From contig CAWEWO010000009.1 of the NCBI GenBank assembly GCA_963812825.1, forward strand, positions 459,087 through 523,086: 64,000 bases of DNA, given 5' to 3'. Source of the stretch: an uncultured Bacteroidota bacterium. GTDB lineage: Bacteria > Bacteroidota > Bacteroidia > Chitinophagales > Chitinophagaceae. The translations under genes were made by a program, and so were the position numbers. Position 1 is the first letter of the stretch. Every line of letters begins with the position of its first letter. Positions 44,784 to 54,640 of this stretch are shown in pieces. The notes beneath the pieces were generated by a model that did not search any database, was not told the DNA's origin, and worked only from the letters and a program-made list of their open reading frames with translations.

Positions 44784-46076
44784 CTATTCTATTAAAAGTT
44801 CCGCTTCAACAGGCTGTGGCTGTTCTTTTACCGGACGGACCTCTTTTGATTTACTCTTTATCAGCTTACTTACCCGCGACAGCAAATAGACGCCGGTTAT
44901 TGTAATACAAACAATGATATACCCGAGCGTATTATAATGTTCCAACGGACTGAATTTGTCTTTCTGGACTACGATCATACCGGCAAATGCGGCCGCAATA
45001 CCACCGGCAATCTGTTGTAATGATGAGTTAATACTCATGAAAGCACCCCTGTCCGGCATTGCGGGAATAGCGGTAATCAGAGCCGTGGAAGGAATCATCC
45101 TGCTCATCACACCGGCCATCATCACAACATTCAGTGCAATGACCAGCCAGAGCGGCGTAACAGACAGATTTGTATAAAGAATAACAATCACGATCATCCA
45201 CATGGAAGCGACGAAGAATATTTTGAATTTATCAATTTTATCACTCAGCTTCCCGATCATCGGCATGATAATGAGCGTGCTGATTCCGGCAATCATAAAT
45301 AATAATGGCAGCTGATGCTGGGTAACACCCAGATTATTAATCGCGAATGCACTGCCAAAGGGCATCAGCATATATCCACCCAGGGATAATAATGCGGTTG
45401 CCGTAAAACCAATCCGGTAATCTTTCTTGGCAATGGTATGTATTAAATGTTTAAAGGCTGACTTGTCCTGCTGAACAGCAAGATGTTTGGTCAGCGGTTT
45501 TAACCTGACGGCAATTAAAATTGCAATAATAATGGCCATGCCTGCTACCCATAGAAAAGGAGCATGCCAACCCCATAAATTAGCAAGATATAATCCTACC
45601 GGAATGCCGAGTACCTGGCTGGCACCAAAACCCATTTGCATAAAACCCATTACCCGGCCGCGGTGTTGCAGATCAAACAGGTCAGCAACAATCGCCATCG
45701 AGATGGAACCGATCACTCCGCCAAACAATCCGGTAATGATCCGTGCGCCCATCAGCAATGGATAGGTATTGGCTATCCCGCACAAAATCGTTCCTGCTAT
45801 AAAACCGGTATAAAAGAAAAGTAATAATTTCTTCCGGTCATACCGGTCAGCAAAGCCGGCTGTCAGCAAGCCGGAAATACCTGCACTGAGGGCATAGGCC
45901 GATACAGCAAATCCAAAATGCGCCGGTTTAAGACTGAGTGATTTCATGAGGATATCTCCAAGAGGCGACATCACCATAAAATCCAGTACAACCGTGAACA
46001 TGGTTATGGCCAGAACGAAAATGGCGAATTTCTGATAGCTTGTAAAAGGGACGGTCGTTTGTTTTTTTTGTTCCAT
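44784..46076 (-). CDS. MFS transporter (drug/H+ antiporter-like)
   Basis: Intact 430 aa; ~12 TM segments; GFADRYDRKK, ARIITGLFGG, RGRVMG. Confidence 0.95.
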   Translation of the reverse strand: MEQKKQTTVPFTSYQKFAIFVLAITMFTVVLDFMVMSPLGDILMKSLSLKPAHFGFAVSAYALSAGISGLLTAGFADRYDRKKLLLFFYTGFIAGTILCGIANTYPLLMGARIITGLFGGVIGSISMAIVADLFDLQHRGRVMGFMQMGFGASQVLGIPVGLYLANLWGWHAPFLWVAGMAIIIAILIAVRLKPLTKHLAVQQDKSAFKHLIHTIAKKDYRIGFTATALLSLGGYMLMPFGSAFAINNLGVTQHQLPLLFMIAGISTLIIMPMIGKLSDKIDKFKIFFVASMWMIVIVILYTNLSVTPLWLVIALNVVMMAGVMSRMIPSTALITAIPAMPDRGAFMSINSSLQQIAGGIAAAFAGMIVVQKDKFSPLEHYNTLGYIIVCITITGVYLLSRVSKLIKSKSKEVRPVKEQPQPVEAELLIE

Positions 46077-46086
46077 GATAAGTGGT

Positions 46087-46323
46087 TTATTCTAACTCTG
46101 CACATTCAAATCCAACATAATCCAGTACGGAGATAATCTGCTCCGGGCTGAGCGAATCGGAGACGATTCGTAAAACGTGATCCACATCCTCCATATCAAT
46201 ACTCCACTTCAATACTCTGTGGGATGCGTCCAGCACATTTTTAATCCGCAGCTTGTCGAATTCAGTTTGAATATTTGTTTTGAAAATCAAAATATTTGAA
46301 ATATCTATTGTCATAATAAACAT
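46087..46323 (-). CDS. Small HMA-like fold protein lacking CxxC
   Basis: ILIFKTNI...WSIDMEDVDHVLRI...GFECAELE. Confidence 0.75.
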   Translation of the reverse strand: MFIMTIDISNILIFKTNIQTEFDKLRIKNVLDASHRVLKWSIDMEDVDHVLRIVSDSLSPEQIISVLDYVGFECAELE

Positions 46324-46341
46324 TTAATTTTTGCATAGATG

Positions 46342-46384
46342 ATTATCGTTATCGTTATCGTTCGATACGATCACGATCCACGTC
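46342..46384. repeat. Short intergenic tandem repeat (ATCGTT)3 / ACGATC-type
   Basis: ttatcgttatcgttatcgttcgatacgatcacgatccacg; shares CGATCCACG with the 39.6 kb heptamer array. Confidence 0.6.
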
Positions 46385-46388
46385 TATT

Positions 46389-46979
46389 TTATGGCGTCAG
46401 TGATTTAATTACCAATTGAAAAGTCTCATCCATGATTTTTTTGGAAAACTTAAAGGGTCTTCCGCCAATACTTTTTCCTTCTTCATGAAAACGCAGCAGC
46501 GTATACAGCGGACCGTAAGCGATGCTCCAGAAAACCTCCAAAGGCACGGGAATCAGCTCTTTATTCTTTATGGCGTTATGCGTAAAATCTCCCATGGTTG
46601 CCTTAAATCCTTTCATGCTTCCTTCCAGGATATCATCACCATGCCTTGAATGACGAATGATTTCATAACAGGCAACTTCCCTGGGAAATTTTATCGCAAA
46701 GGCGGACCTGTTTTCCCATTGCTTTTTAAGGCCCACACCAAAACTCATTTCCGGGTCGAATCCCTGAAGGGTTTTTTCCATAAACTTTTTACCGATATCC
46801 GCGCCGATTTTTATAATCAGATCATCCTTGTCCCGGTAATAGATATAGAGCGTGGCCACTGAAATTCCGCAGGCCTGCGCCAGTTTATTCATGCTGAACC
46901 CCTGAAACCCGTCCCTGACCAGCATTTCAATGGCTTCCTGCCTCACCAGTTCTTCCTTTTTGGCGTTCCGCGTTCTCAT
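46389..46979 (-). CDS. TetR/AcrR family transcriptional regulator
   Basis: GFQGFSMNKLAQACGISVATLYIYYRDKDDL helix-turn-helix. Confidence 0.95.
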   Translation of the reverse strand: MRTRNAKKEELVRQEAIEMLVRDGFQGFSMNKLAQACGISVATLYIYYRDKDDLIIKIGADIGKKFMEKTLQGFDPEMSFGVGLKKQWENRSAFAIKFPREVACYEIIRHSRHGDDILEGSMKGFKATMGDFTHNAIKNKELIPVPLEVFWSIAYGPLYTLLRFHEEGKSIGGRPFKFSKKIMDETFQLVIKSLTP

Positions 46980-47002
46980 CCGTTCGGTTATTTACCTGCA
47001 AT

Positions 47003-47022
47003 ATAAGTGAATGCTCGCTTAT
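47003..47022. promoter_or_regulatory. Candidate TetR operator overlapping the tetR promoter
   Basis: Imperfect palindrome ATAAGTGA-atgc-TCGCTTAT next to minus-strand TATATTG -7-like element. Confidence 0.55.
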
Positions 47023-47345
47023 TTATGGAATCATGTGCGAAACTTTTTAAAATAATTATTTTAACCCCCTGCAAAGAGCTTCGAATCTTATATAATCTTG
47101 TCCATCAATTGTCACCAGGAATCAGAGAATCTTTTAACGTATATCGACTCCACGATTGTCAGTAGGTATCAGAGAAATCTTTAAACACAGCGCTGCCTAC
47201 AGACCGGTAAGACGAACCAGATCTCATTATATTTTAAATTCAGGATAAAAATAAAAGAAGAGGTTTCTGACAACAAGGTGAGATAGGTAACCAACCCTCC
47301 GGTACCGGTGAAACGCAGGGATTTGTCCGGCAGATTTAAATCCTG

Positions 47346-49065
47346 TTAGATATTACCCTTTTTAAGTTCCTCTATCGCATGATTGGCTGCCCGGGCAGTA
47401 AGGGCCATAAATGTGAGTGATGGATTCTGGTTTCCGACGGAAGTCATGCAGGCACCGTCTGTAACAAAAACATTTTTACAGGCGTGTATCTGGTTCCATT
47501 CATTGAGCATGGAAGTAGCCGGGTCCTTCCCCATCCTCACACCGCCCATTTCATGGATATCCAGTCCGGGCGCCTGTTTATTATCATTGGGAATTATGTT
47601 TTTGCATCCCGCCCTGTCCAATATCTCTGCGCCCTGCGTTAAAAAATCCTTTACCATCATTTCATCATTGTCATCATAAGAAACCGAAGTAATCAGCTGC
47701 GGTATACCCCATTCATCTTTCAGGTCTTTGCTTAAACGCACATGATTCGATTTTTTTGGAATGACTTCTCCCTGCATGGACATATATGCGGACCAGTCAC
47801 CGGCTTCACTCATGGACTGTTTTAATTCCTCACCAATCGTTGCCTGTCCCGCCACCCGTATTGCGGTAAGCTCCCCAAAAAACCAGGTAGCCCCGCTGGA
47901 ACTCCTCTTCCTGTTTATATACATTCCGGAAATTGGGCATCAGCGGTGAAACCGGTCTTCTGCCATAGTAATAATCATCCTTAAATCCATCGATGCCTGC
48001 CGAAATTGAACCCCGGTAATTTTGAAACGCGATATACCTGCCGAGAATATCGTGTTCATTCCCGAGACCATTGGGGAAACGGCTGGAAGTTGAATTGAGC
48101 AATACAAGATTACTGTTCAGGCAGGCCGCATTCAGGAAAATGACACGGGCAAAATATTCGGTGGCCTGCTTTGTTTTGGTATCAATTACCCGCACGCCCG
48201 TTGCCCTTCCTTTTTTTTCATCAAAGATGATCGAATGAACAACTGAATCCGTTCGCAAAACCATATTTCCGGTTTTCTCCGCCCAGGGTAAGGTTGATGA
48301 ATTGGAGCTGAAATAACCGCCGTAAGGACAACCCCTGCTGCAAAGATTCCTTGCCTGGCACTGACCGCGGCCCTGCTGTAATTGTAATTCGCCAGCAGCG
48401 GTCAGGTTCGCGCAACGACCCATCAGCATTCTCCGGTTGGAATAAAAACTATTTACTTTTTGCTGCATGCTCTTCTCCACGCAGTTGAATTCCCAGGGCG
48501 GAAGGAATTCTCCGTCAGGCAGATTTTCAATTCCGTCTTTATTGCCGCTGATGCCCGCAAATTTTTCAACATGCGAATACCAGGGAGCCAGGTCGTGATA
48601 ACGTATGGGCCAGTCTACCGCAAAGCCATCCCTGGCCGGTGCCTCGAACTCAAAGCGGCTCCAGCGCTGGGTTTCACGTGCCCACATCAGCGATTTTCCG
48701 CCTACCTGGTACCCGCGGATCCAGTCGAATGGCTTTTCCTGTATATAAGGGTGCTCTTTATCTTTCACAAAAAAATGCTGGGCTCCCTCGTCGAATGCAT
48801 AGCACTTGCTGATGATCGGATTTTCTGATTCCAGTTCGAAGGATATCCTGCCACGATGCCTGAACTGCCAGGGATGCCTGGTGGCCGTCGGGTAATCTTT
48901 TATATGTTGTACATTTCTTCCCCTTTCAATAACAAGCGTTTTGATTCCATGCTCGCACAATTCCTTGGCTGCCCATCCGCCGCTGATGCCGGAGCCGATC
49001 ACAATGGCATCGAAACTATTGGCGGACTTTCCCTTCGTATTGACAAGCAGCGTATCTCCTGGCAT
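47346..49065 (-). CDS. GMC family FAD oxidoreductase (glycoside 3-dehydrogenase-like); one frameshift
   Basis: IVIGSGISGG, GGKSLMW, DWPIRY, CQARNLCSRGCP, IHEMGGVRMG, NPSLTFMALTARA. Confidence 0.93.
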
Positions 49066-49143
49066 GGAAGTAGTGAATTTTATAATTTGAAATATTCAGC
49101 AAATATTGGAAATTACCTGTGCACAGCTGAAAAAAATAAATTT

Positions 49144-50046
49144 ATGAACAATCATTCATTTAGCCGGCGGAATTTTTTGCGGATCGGGAGTATGGGCGTT
49201 CTCGGATCAGCCTTACCCGTTTCAGCCTTTACAAATATCGATCAGCAAAAATGGAAACCCGCTAAATTATCGGTTCAGCTCTATACCGTGCGGGAACAAT
49301 TTAAAACAGATATTCCGGGAACACTAAAAAAGGTCAGGGAAATTGGTTTCACCCATGTGGAAACGGCTTTCTGGCCCGACGGCATCAGTCTGAAACAGGC
49401 AGCGAAATATATTCAGGAGGCAGGACTTTCCGTATCGTCTTCACACATTGAAATCCCGGTTGGAGATAACAAACAAATCATGCTGGATACCGCCGCGGCT
49501 TATAACTGTAAAAAAATGATCTGGCATGGATGGCCGGAAGATAAACGCTATAGCAGCCTGCAGGGAACCATGGAACTTGTTTCCATTTATAATGAAGCGG
49601 GAAAATTCGCAAAGGCAAACGGCCTTCAGTTCGGGTTGCATAATCACTGGTGGGAATACAGGAATAAAGTCGACGGCCGTTTTGTATATGAAGTCCTCCT
49701 GGAAAACCTGGACAAGGATATTTTTTTTGAAGTGGATACTTATTGGGTGAAAGTCGCCGGGCAGGATCCGGCAACCATTGTAAAAAAATTGGGTAACCGT
49801 GCACCACTTCTCCATATTAAAGACGGCCCCGCCAAATGGAACGATTCTTTACCCGCAGATAATCCCGATCCGATGACGGCTGTCGGAAAAGGCACACAAA
49901 ATTTTCCTGCAATTGTTCAGGCCGCAGATGGCAACACAGAATGGATGGTAGTTGAAATGGATAAAACTTCTACCGATGTTTTTGCGGCATTGAAGGATAG
50001 CTATGATTATCTCGTCAGCAATAAATTTGCACGCGCAGATTCCTGA
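49144..50046 (+). CDS. Sugar phosphate isomerase/epimerase (AP-endonuclease-2 TIM barrel) with Tat signal
   Basis: SRRNFL, VQLYTVR, HNHWWE, EVDTYW, LHIKD, VEMD; likely start 49144 rather than 48856. Confidence 0.92.
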   Translation: MNNHSFSRRNFLRIGSMGVLGSALPVSAFTNIDQQKWKPAKLSVQLYTVREQFKTDIPGTLKKVREIGFTHVETAFWPDGISLKQAAKYIQEAGLSVSSSHIEIPVGDNKQIMLDTAAAYNCKKMIWHGWPEDKRYSSLQGTMELVSIYNEAGKFAKANGLQFGLHNHWWEYRNKVDGRFVYEVLLENLDKDIFFEVDTYWVKVAGQDPATIVKKLGNRAPLLHIKDGPAKWNDSLPADNPDPMTAVGKGTQNFPAIVQAADGNTEWMVVEMDKTSTDVFAALKDSYDYLVSNKFARADS

Positions 50047-50063
50047 CCGGAATAATATTCTTC

Positions 50064-51437
50064 TTATCCCTGTATTTCTACAACATCGTACAATTTGGGT
50101 ACGGTGCAGTCCCATCCATAGCTGTCCTGTATTTTCACCAGCAGCGTTTCAGCAGCCTGTTTTTCACCATGTATTATAAATACTTTCTCCGGTTTGTTTT
50201 TGATTTCACTGATCCAGTTCATCAGGTCTTTTTGATCACCGTGAGCCGATAATCCATGTATCGTTTCGACACGGGCTTTCACCGGGTAATAATTGCCATA
50301 AATCTTTACCTCATGGGTGCCGTCCTGTATTTTTCTTCCACGGGTTCCTTCTGCCTGGTAACCCACAAGCAAAACAGTGGTTTCGGGTTTGCCAATATAT
50401 TCCTGAAGATAATTTAAGACCCGGCCTCCTTCTACCATGCCACTACCCGCAATCACTACTTTAGGAATGGGGCTGTTAATAAAGGCAGTGGTTTCTTTGA
50501 AACTGCTTACGATTTTAAAAAGGCCGAACATGGATGTATAATCTTCAAAGGATAAATTCGTCCATTGAGGACTTTGCTTAAAAACGCCCAGCACATTAGC
50601 ACCCATCGGGCTGTCCATGATAAAATTCATCTCAGGCAGACTGCCTGATTTTTTTAATTGCCAGATCAGGTACATCAGGGTTTGTGTTCGTTCAACAGCA
50701 AAACTGGGTATGATCACGGAGCCGCCCTTTGCATGGGTTTCCATGATAACCGTTTTCAAATGTTCGAGAATATTTTCCGGCTGATGAAGACGATCGCCAT
50801 AAGTACTTTCCACAAACAAAATATCTGCCTCCTGCGGTCTTTTCGGCGGAGCAAGGAGAACATCATTGTCCCTTCCAACATCTCCGCTGAATACAAATTT
50901 TTTTCCGGCGAAATGGATTTCAATAAAAGTTGAACCAATAATATGACCATTGGTCTGGAACCGGACGTTAATGTCATTTCCAAAATCGATCCATTCATCC
51001 GGTTTAATTTCATTGAAATAAGCGAGCGTTCTTTCCGCATCCTGGACGCCGTATAATGGCTGAGCCGGTTTGTGTTTTGAATAACCTTTCTTGTTGGCAT
51101 AATCTGCTTCTTCCTCCTGAATCTTGGCAGTATCCTTCAAAACAATTTCTGCGATTGCCAGTGTGGGGGAAGTTCCATAAATCTTCCCTTTAAACCCTGA
51201 TTTTACCAGTCGCGGCAGGTAACCCACATGGTCCAGGTGACCGTGAGTAAGGAGCACGATATCAATGGAAGCAACGTCCACCGGAAGATTATTCCAGTTC
51301 AATAAACGGAGTGGCTTCAATCCCTGGAACAATCCGCAGTCTATCATTATCTTTTTATCATTCGCTTCAATAAGGTATTTGGATCCGGTTACTGTTCCGG
51401 CAGCCCCCAGTATGTGAATGGTCCCTTTATTATTCAT
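50064..51437 (-). CDS. MBL-fold beta-CASP ribonuclease-like protein
   Basis: GAAGTVTGS, DCGLFQG, THGHLDH, GHIIG, ESTYGDR, SAHGD. Confidence 0.93.
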   Translation of the reverse strand: MNNKGTIHILGAAGTVTGSKYLIEANDKKIMIDCGLFQGLKPLRLLNWNNLPVDVASIDIVLLTHGHLDHVGYLPRLVKSGFKGKIYGTSPTLAIAEIVLKDTAKIQEEEADYANKKGYSKHKPAQPLYGVQDAERTLAYFNEIKPDEWIDFGNDINVRFQTNGHIIGSTFIEIHFAGKKFVFSGDVGRDNDVLLAPPKRPQEADILFVESTYGDRLHQPENILEHLKTVIMETHAKGGSVIIPSFAVERTQTLMYLIWQLKKSGSLPEMNFIMDSPMGANVLGVFKQSPQWTNLSFEDYTSMFGLFKIVSSFKETTAFINSPIPKVVIAGSGMVEGGRVLNYLQEYIGKPETTVLLVGYQAEGTRGRKIQDGTHEVKIYGNYYPVKARVETIHGLSAHGDQKDLMNWISEIKNKPEKVFIIHGEKQAAETLLVKIQDSYGWDCTVPKLYDVVEIQG

Positions 51438-51658
51438 TATAATCTATTAAAATTGCTCTATATGTTGAAGGTATATTTAATTAGGCAAATTTTTCCCCAA
51501 TATGTTCATACCTTTTCTCAAAATAATTTTTTCATCCGGCTAATTATTGCACAGTGATTTTTACGCAACCTTCTATTCCTTTATGCCGTTTTAATTCCAA
51601 CGAGTTTCTCCATCCTGGTATGTGCAAAAATCGATCTATCACTTTTTAAATTATCAGT

Positions 51659-53033
51659 ATGAAAACGAATGCCGGATTCACCGCCAGACTGCTTCTGTAT
51701 TTTAGTTTGGTAATTACTGTCAGCTGTAGTAAAGACAGTACATATAACCCGCCAACGAATCCTCCGCCTGTAGTAAACAAAACCCCGGCTCTTCAGCTTG
51801 TTGCCGACAGTTTAATTTCTCCTGTTGCAATGTCTGAGCCGCCGGATAGTACACACAGACTATTTATCGTAGAACAGACAGGAAAAATATGGATCATCGG
51901 ATCTGATGGAAAGAAAATTACAACGCCGTTTATTGATATTGCCGGCAAGATGGTAGGCATTAACGCTTCCTACGATGAAAGAGGTTTGCTTGGGTTAGCT
52001 TTCCCCGCGAACTATAAATCAACTGGAAAATTTTACCTGTTCTATACCGCACCTCCGCGCCCCGGGACAACCGTACCCGGAGGTGCACCGTGGAATAATC
52101 TGACCCGGGTTTCGGAATTTAAAGTGTCTGCATCAGATCCCAATGTCGCGGATCCGGCTTCTGAAAGAATTCTTCTGGAAGATGATCATCCGTATTTAAA
52201 TCATAATGGTGGTGATCTGGCATTTCGGCCCTGACGGTTTCCTCTATATCGCCATTGGAGATGGTGGCAACTCGGATGATGTTGGCAACGGACATGTTCC
52301 CGACTGGTATACCGTGAATGCCGGTGGCAACGGACAGGACAATTATGCCAACCTGCAGGGCAATATTCTCAGGATCGACGTTAACGGAAGCCCGTATAGT
52401 GTTCCACCGGATAATCCATTTGTCGGCACAGCAGCAAGGCCGGAGATATATGCATTTGGTTTCAGAAACCCTTTCCGCTTTTCCTTTGATATGGGTGGAA
52501 CTCATCAGCTCCTGGTGGGCGATGTAGGGCAATCATTGTATGAAGAAATTGACTTCGTTACAAAAGGCGGCAATTATGGATGGAATGTAAAGGAAGGAAC
52601 CCATTGTTTTAATACCGATAGTGATCTGACGGAACGTACCTCATGCCCTGTAGCAGACTCTGCCGGCAATCCGCTGCTGGATCCCGTAATTGAACTGGTG
52701 AATTCTGCAAATCCCAAAGGCGGCGGAGTCGGTATTGCTGTGATCGGCGGATATGTATACCGTGGTTCTGCACTCCCCGCTTTGCAGGGAAAGTATATTT
52801 TCGGAATGCTCACGACTAACGGTCAGGCCAGTGGTAAAATATTTTCATCCGATCCTTCGGCCAGCGGTATGTGGTCATACAGCGCACTCGCACTGGACGG
52901 CTTTACAGACAATCTGGGACAATACCTGAAAAGTTTCGGGCAGGACCAGAATGGTGAAATATATCTTGCCACTTCGGCTAATATCGGGCCGTCAGGCAAT
53001 ACAGGAAAGGTTTATAAGATAGTTGCGAAATAA
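51659..53033 (+). CDS. PQQ-dependent glucose/sorbosone dehydrogenase family lipoprotein; one frameshift
   Basis: Lipobox VSC, ERGLLGLAF, NHNGG..FGPDG.LYI..GDGG, GNILRIDV, YAFGFRNP, DVGQ..YEE, GGNYGW. Confidence 0.92.
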
Positions 53034-53120
53034 TGACCGCCGGTAAGATCGGGCGGTTACTATAGGAAAGGTTTAAAGACACTTGCAAAATAAAGCCAGG
53101 CCGGAAAGGCCGGGCATTTA

Positions 53121-53505
53121 CTATTTTGCAGCGGTTGATGCGTCAGTAATGTCCGTAACCGCCCATTCATTCTCACAAAGGATCGCGTAAGATTTGTCGG
53201 AACTTATGTACATCACTTTGATGATATAAGGTTTGGAATTATTGAGTGTATTGTAGACTGTCGTGGCTTCATCCATTTTACTGGAGTTGACAATCTTGTA
53301 CATTCTTTATCTTTTTGCCAAACGTCACTTTAAAGACCGTGGGCGTTTGCAAAATGATAACCGGTTCAACAACCGGATTGTCCAGGGCGGTTGCCCAGTC
53401 GTGGGTTTTTTTGGTGTCCCCCCATTTGGAGGTCTTGTAAGTAGTGGTCTGGGAGGTTGCGGTCAGGCAAATGAACAGCCCGACCAATAGTAAAATTGAT
53501 TTCAT
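53121..53505 (-). CDS. Hypothetical exported protein; one frameshift
   Basis: Signal peptide MKSILLLVGLFICLTATSQ; fragments 53278-53505 and 53121-53303 join. Confidence 0.6.
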
Positions 53506-53765
53506 GATGGCGTCTTTTGGTTAGATAACTAAAGTTAATAATTTTTGCAGTAAATGCCATCATCCGGGCGGGGTTTGTCAGAATATACTAATGGCGCCTC
53601 CGCCGGAAAGGAATTTTGCGGATTTTTCCAAACGCTCATGACGGGTATGGTATAATTATGAAAAATTCGACCACCGGGCAAACGACATTCTTTTTCAATT
53701 AGACAACTGATCTGATCCTTGATAGTTTAGTGTTGTAATTTTAACCACCACCTAAATCTATCAAC

Positions 53766-54330
53766 ATGAAAAAGAGAATTACCCGGATTTATTTTATCCT
53801 GCTTCTACTATCCCCAATGCTGGTCTGCGCCCAGAAAAAAACATTCTTTTCCCTGGGTGGAGAAATTGCCTTTCCGGCGGGTAATTATTCGGACGTTGGT
53901 AATACCGGATTTGGCGGAATAATAGGTTTGGAGCATGTCAGGTCAAAACATGTCTCTGGAATCGTTACGCTTGAATATCTCGGTTTCAGCACGAAAGAAG
54001 TAAATACGGACTTTACCGAAAAATATTCAGCCCTCCCGGTTCAGTTTGGTGTGAAATATTATTTGTCGGAAAATACAGGTAATCCGCGGGGACTATATTT
54101 TTCGGGAGGACTGGGTTTCCTGCTGGAATTCACTACTACAAATATTGGTGTAAATGCCTATCATAACACCTATCATGACACGGATTTTGGATTCTGCGGC
54201 TTTGTAGGCACCGGCTATCAATTGGGTATAGTGGATCTTGGATTCCGTTTTCAGAATTTTATAACTTCAAACACGGGGGCAACTTTCTATTTATAGCTTC
54301 AGGGTAGCGATTGAAAATCAGGATTATATA
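53766..54330 (+). CDS. Small outer-membrane beta-barrel; 3' end frameshifted, approximate
   Basis: Signal peptide, GGEIAFP, LPVQFGVKYY, GTGYQ. Confidence 0.75.
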
Positions 54331-54640
54331 ACAGTAAACGGAAAATTTCTATTTCTGATCAGGGAATCTACGCGTCTTTTTCGTCGTCAAATTAAATTGA
54401 CCGCATAAGCTGGTTCCGCCTGAATTAAGTTTATAAGGCATCATTAATTCTTATAAAATACCGGCTATTTATATTTCCGGTAATTGATTCATAATTAGCA
54501 TATTATACAATGTTATCTGATGTAATACGTAAATCACCAACTGAACCGGTATTCTGGCAGTTATTTTGTAACATAAGTGAGAACTACAGGAATTTGAAAT
54601 AAATTTTTGTATCGTTACATCATCCAATACCCTGAAAAAC

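Noticed and set aside
47108-47186. Degenerate CRISPR array
   Set aside because: Only two imperfect repeats, a ~16-nt spacer and no cas genes.
47280-47340. Cobalamin riboswitch (TAGGT...CCGGTGAAA)
   Set aside because: Lacks the GGGAA and GCCACTG/B12-box elements, and no gene lies downstream on that strand.
48856-49143. N-terminal extensions of ORFs 48856-50046 and 34838-35932
   Set aside because: They overlap divergent genes; better starts are at 49144 (Tat signal) and 35036.
50064-51437. Anti-phage defence nuclease or beta-lactamase
   Set aside because: Ordinary stand-alone beta-CASP family protein with no defence partner genes nearby.
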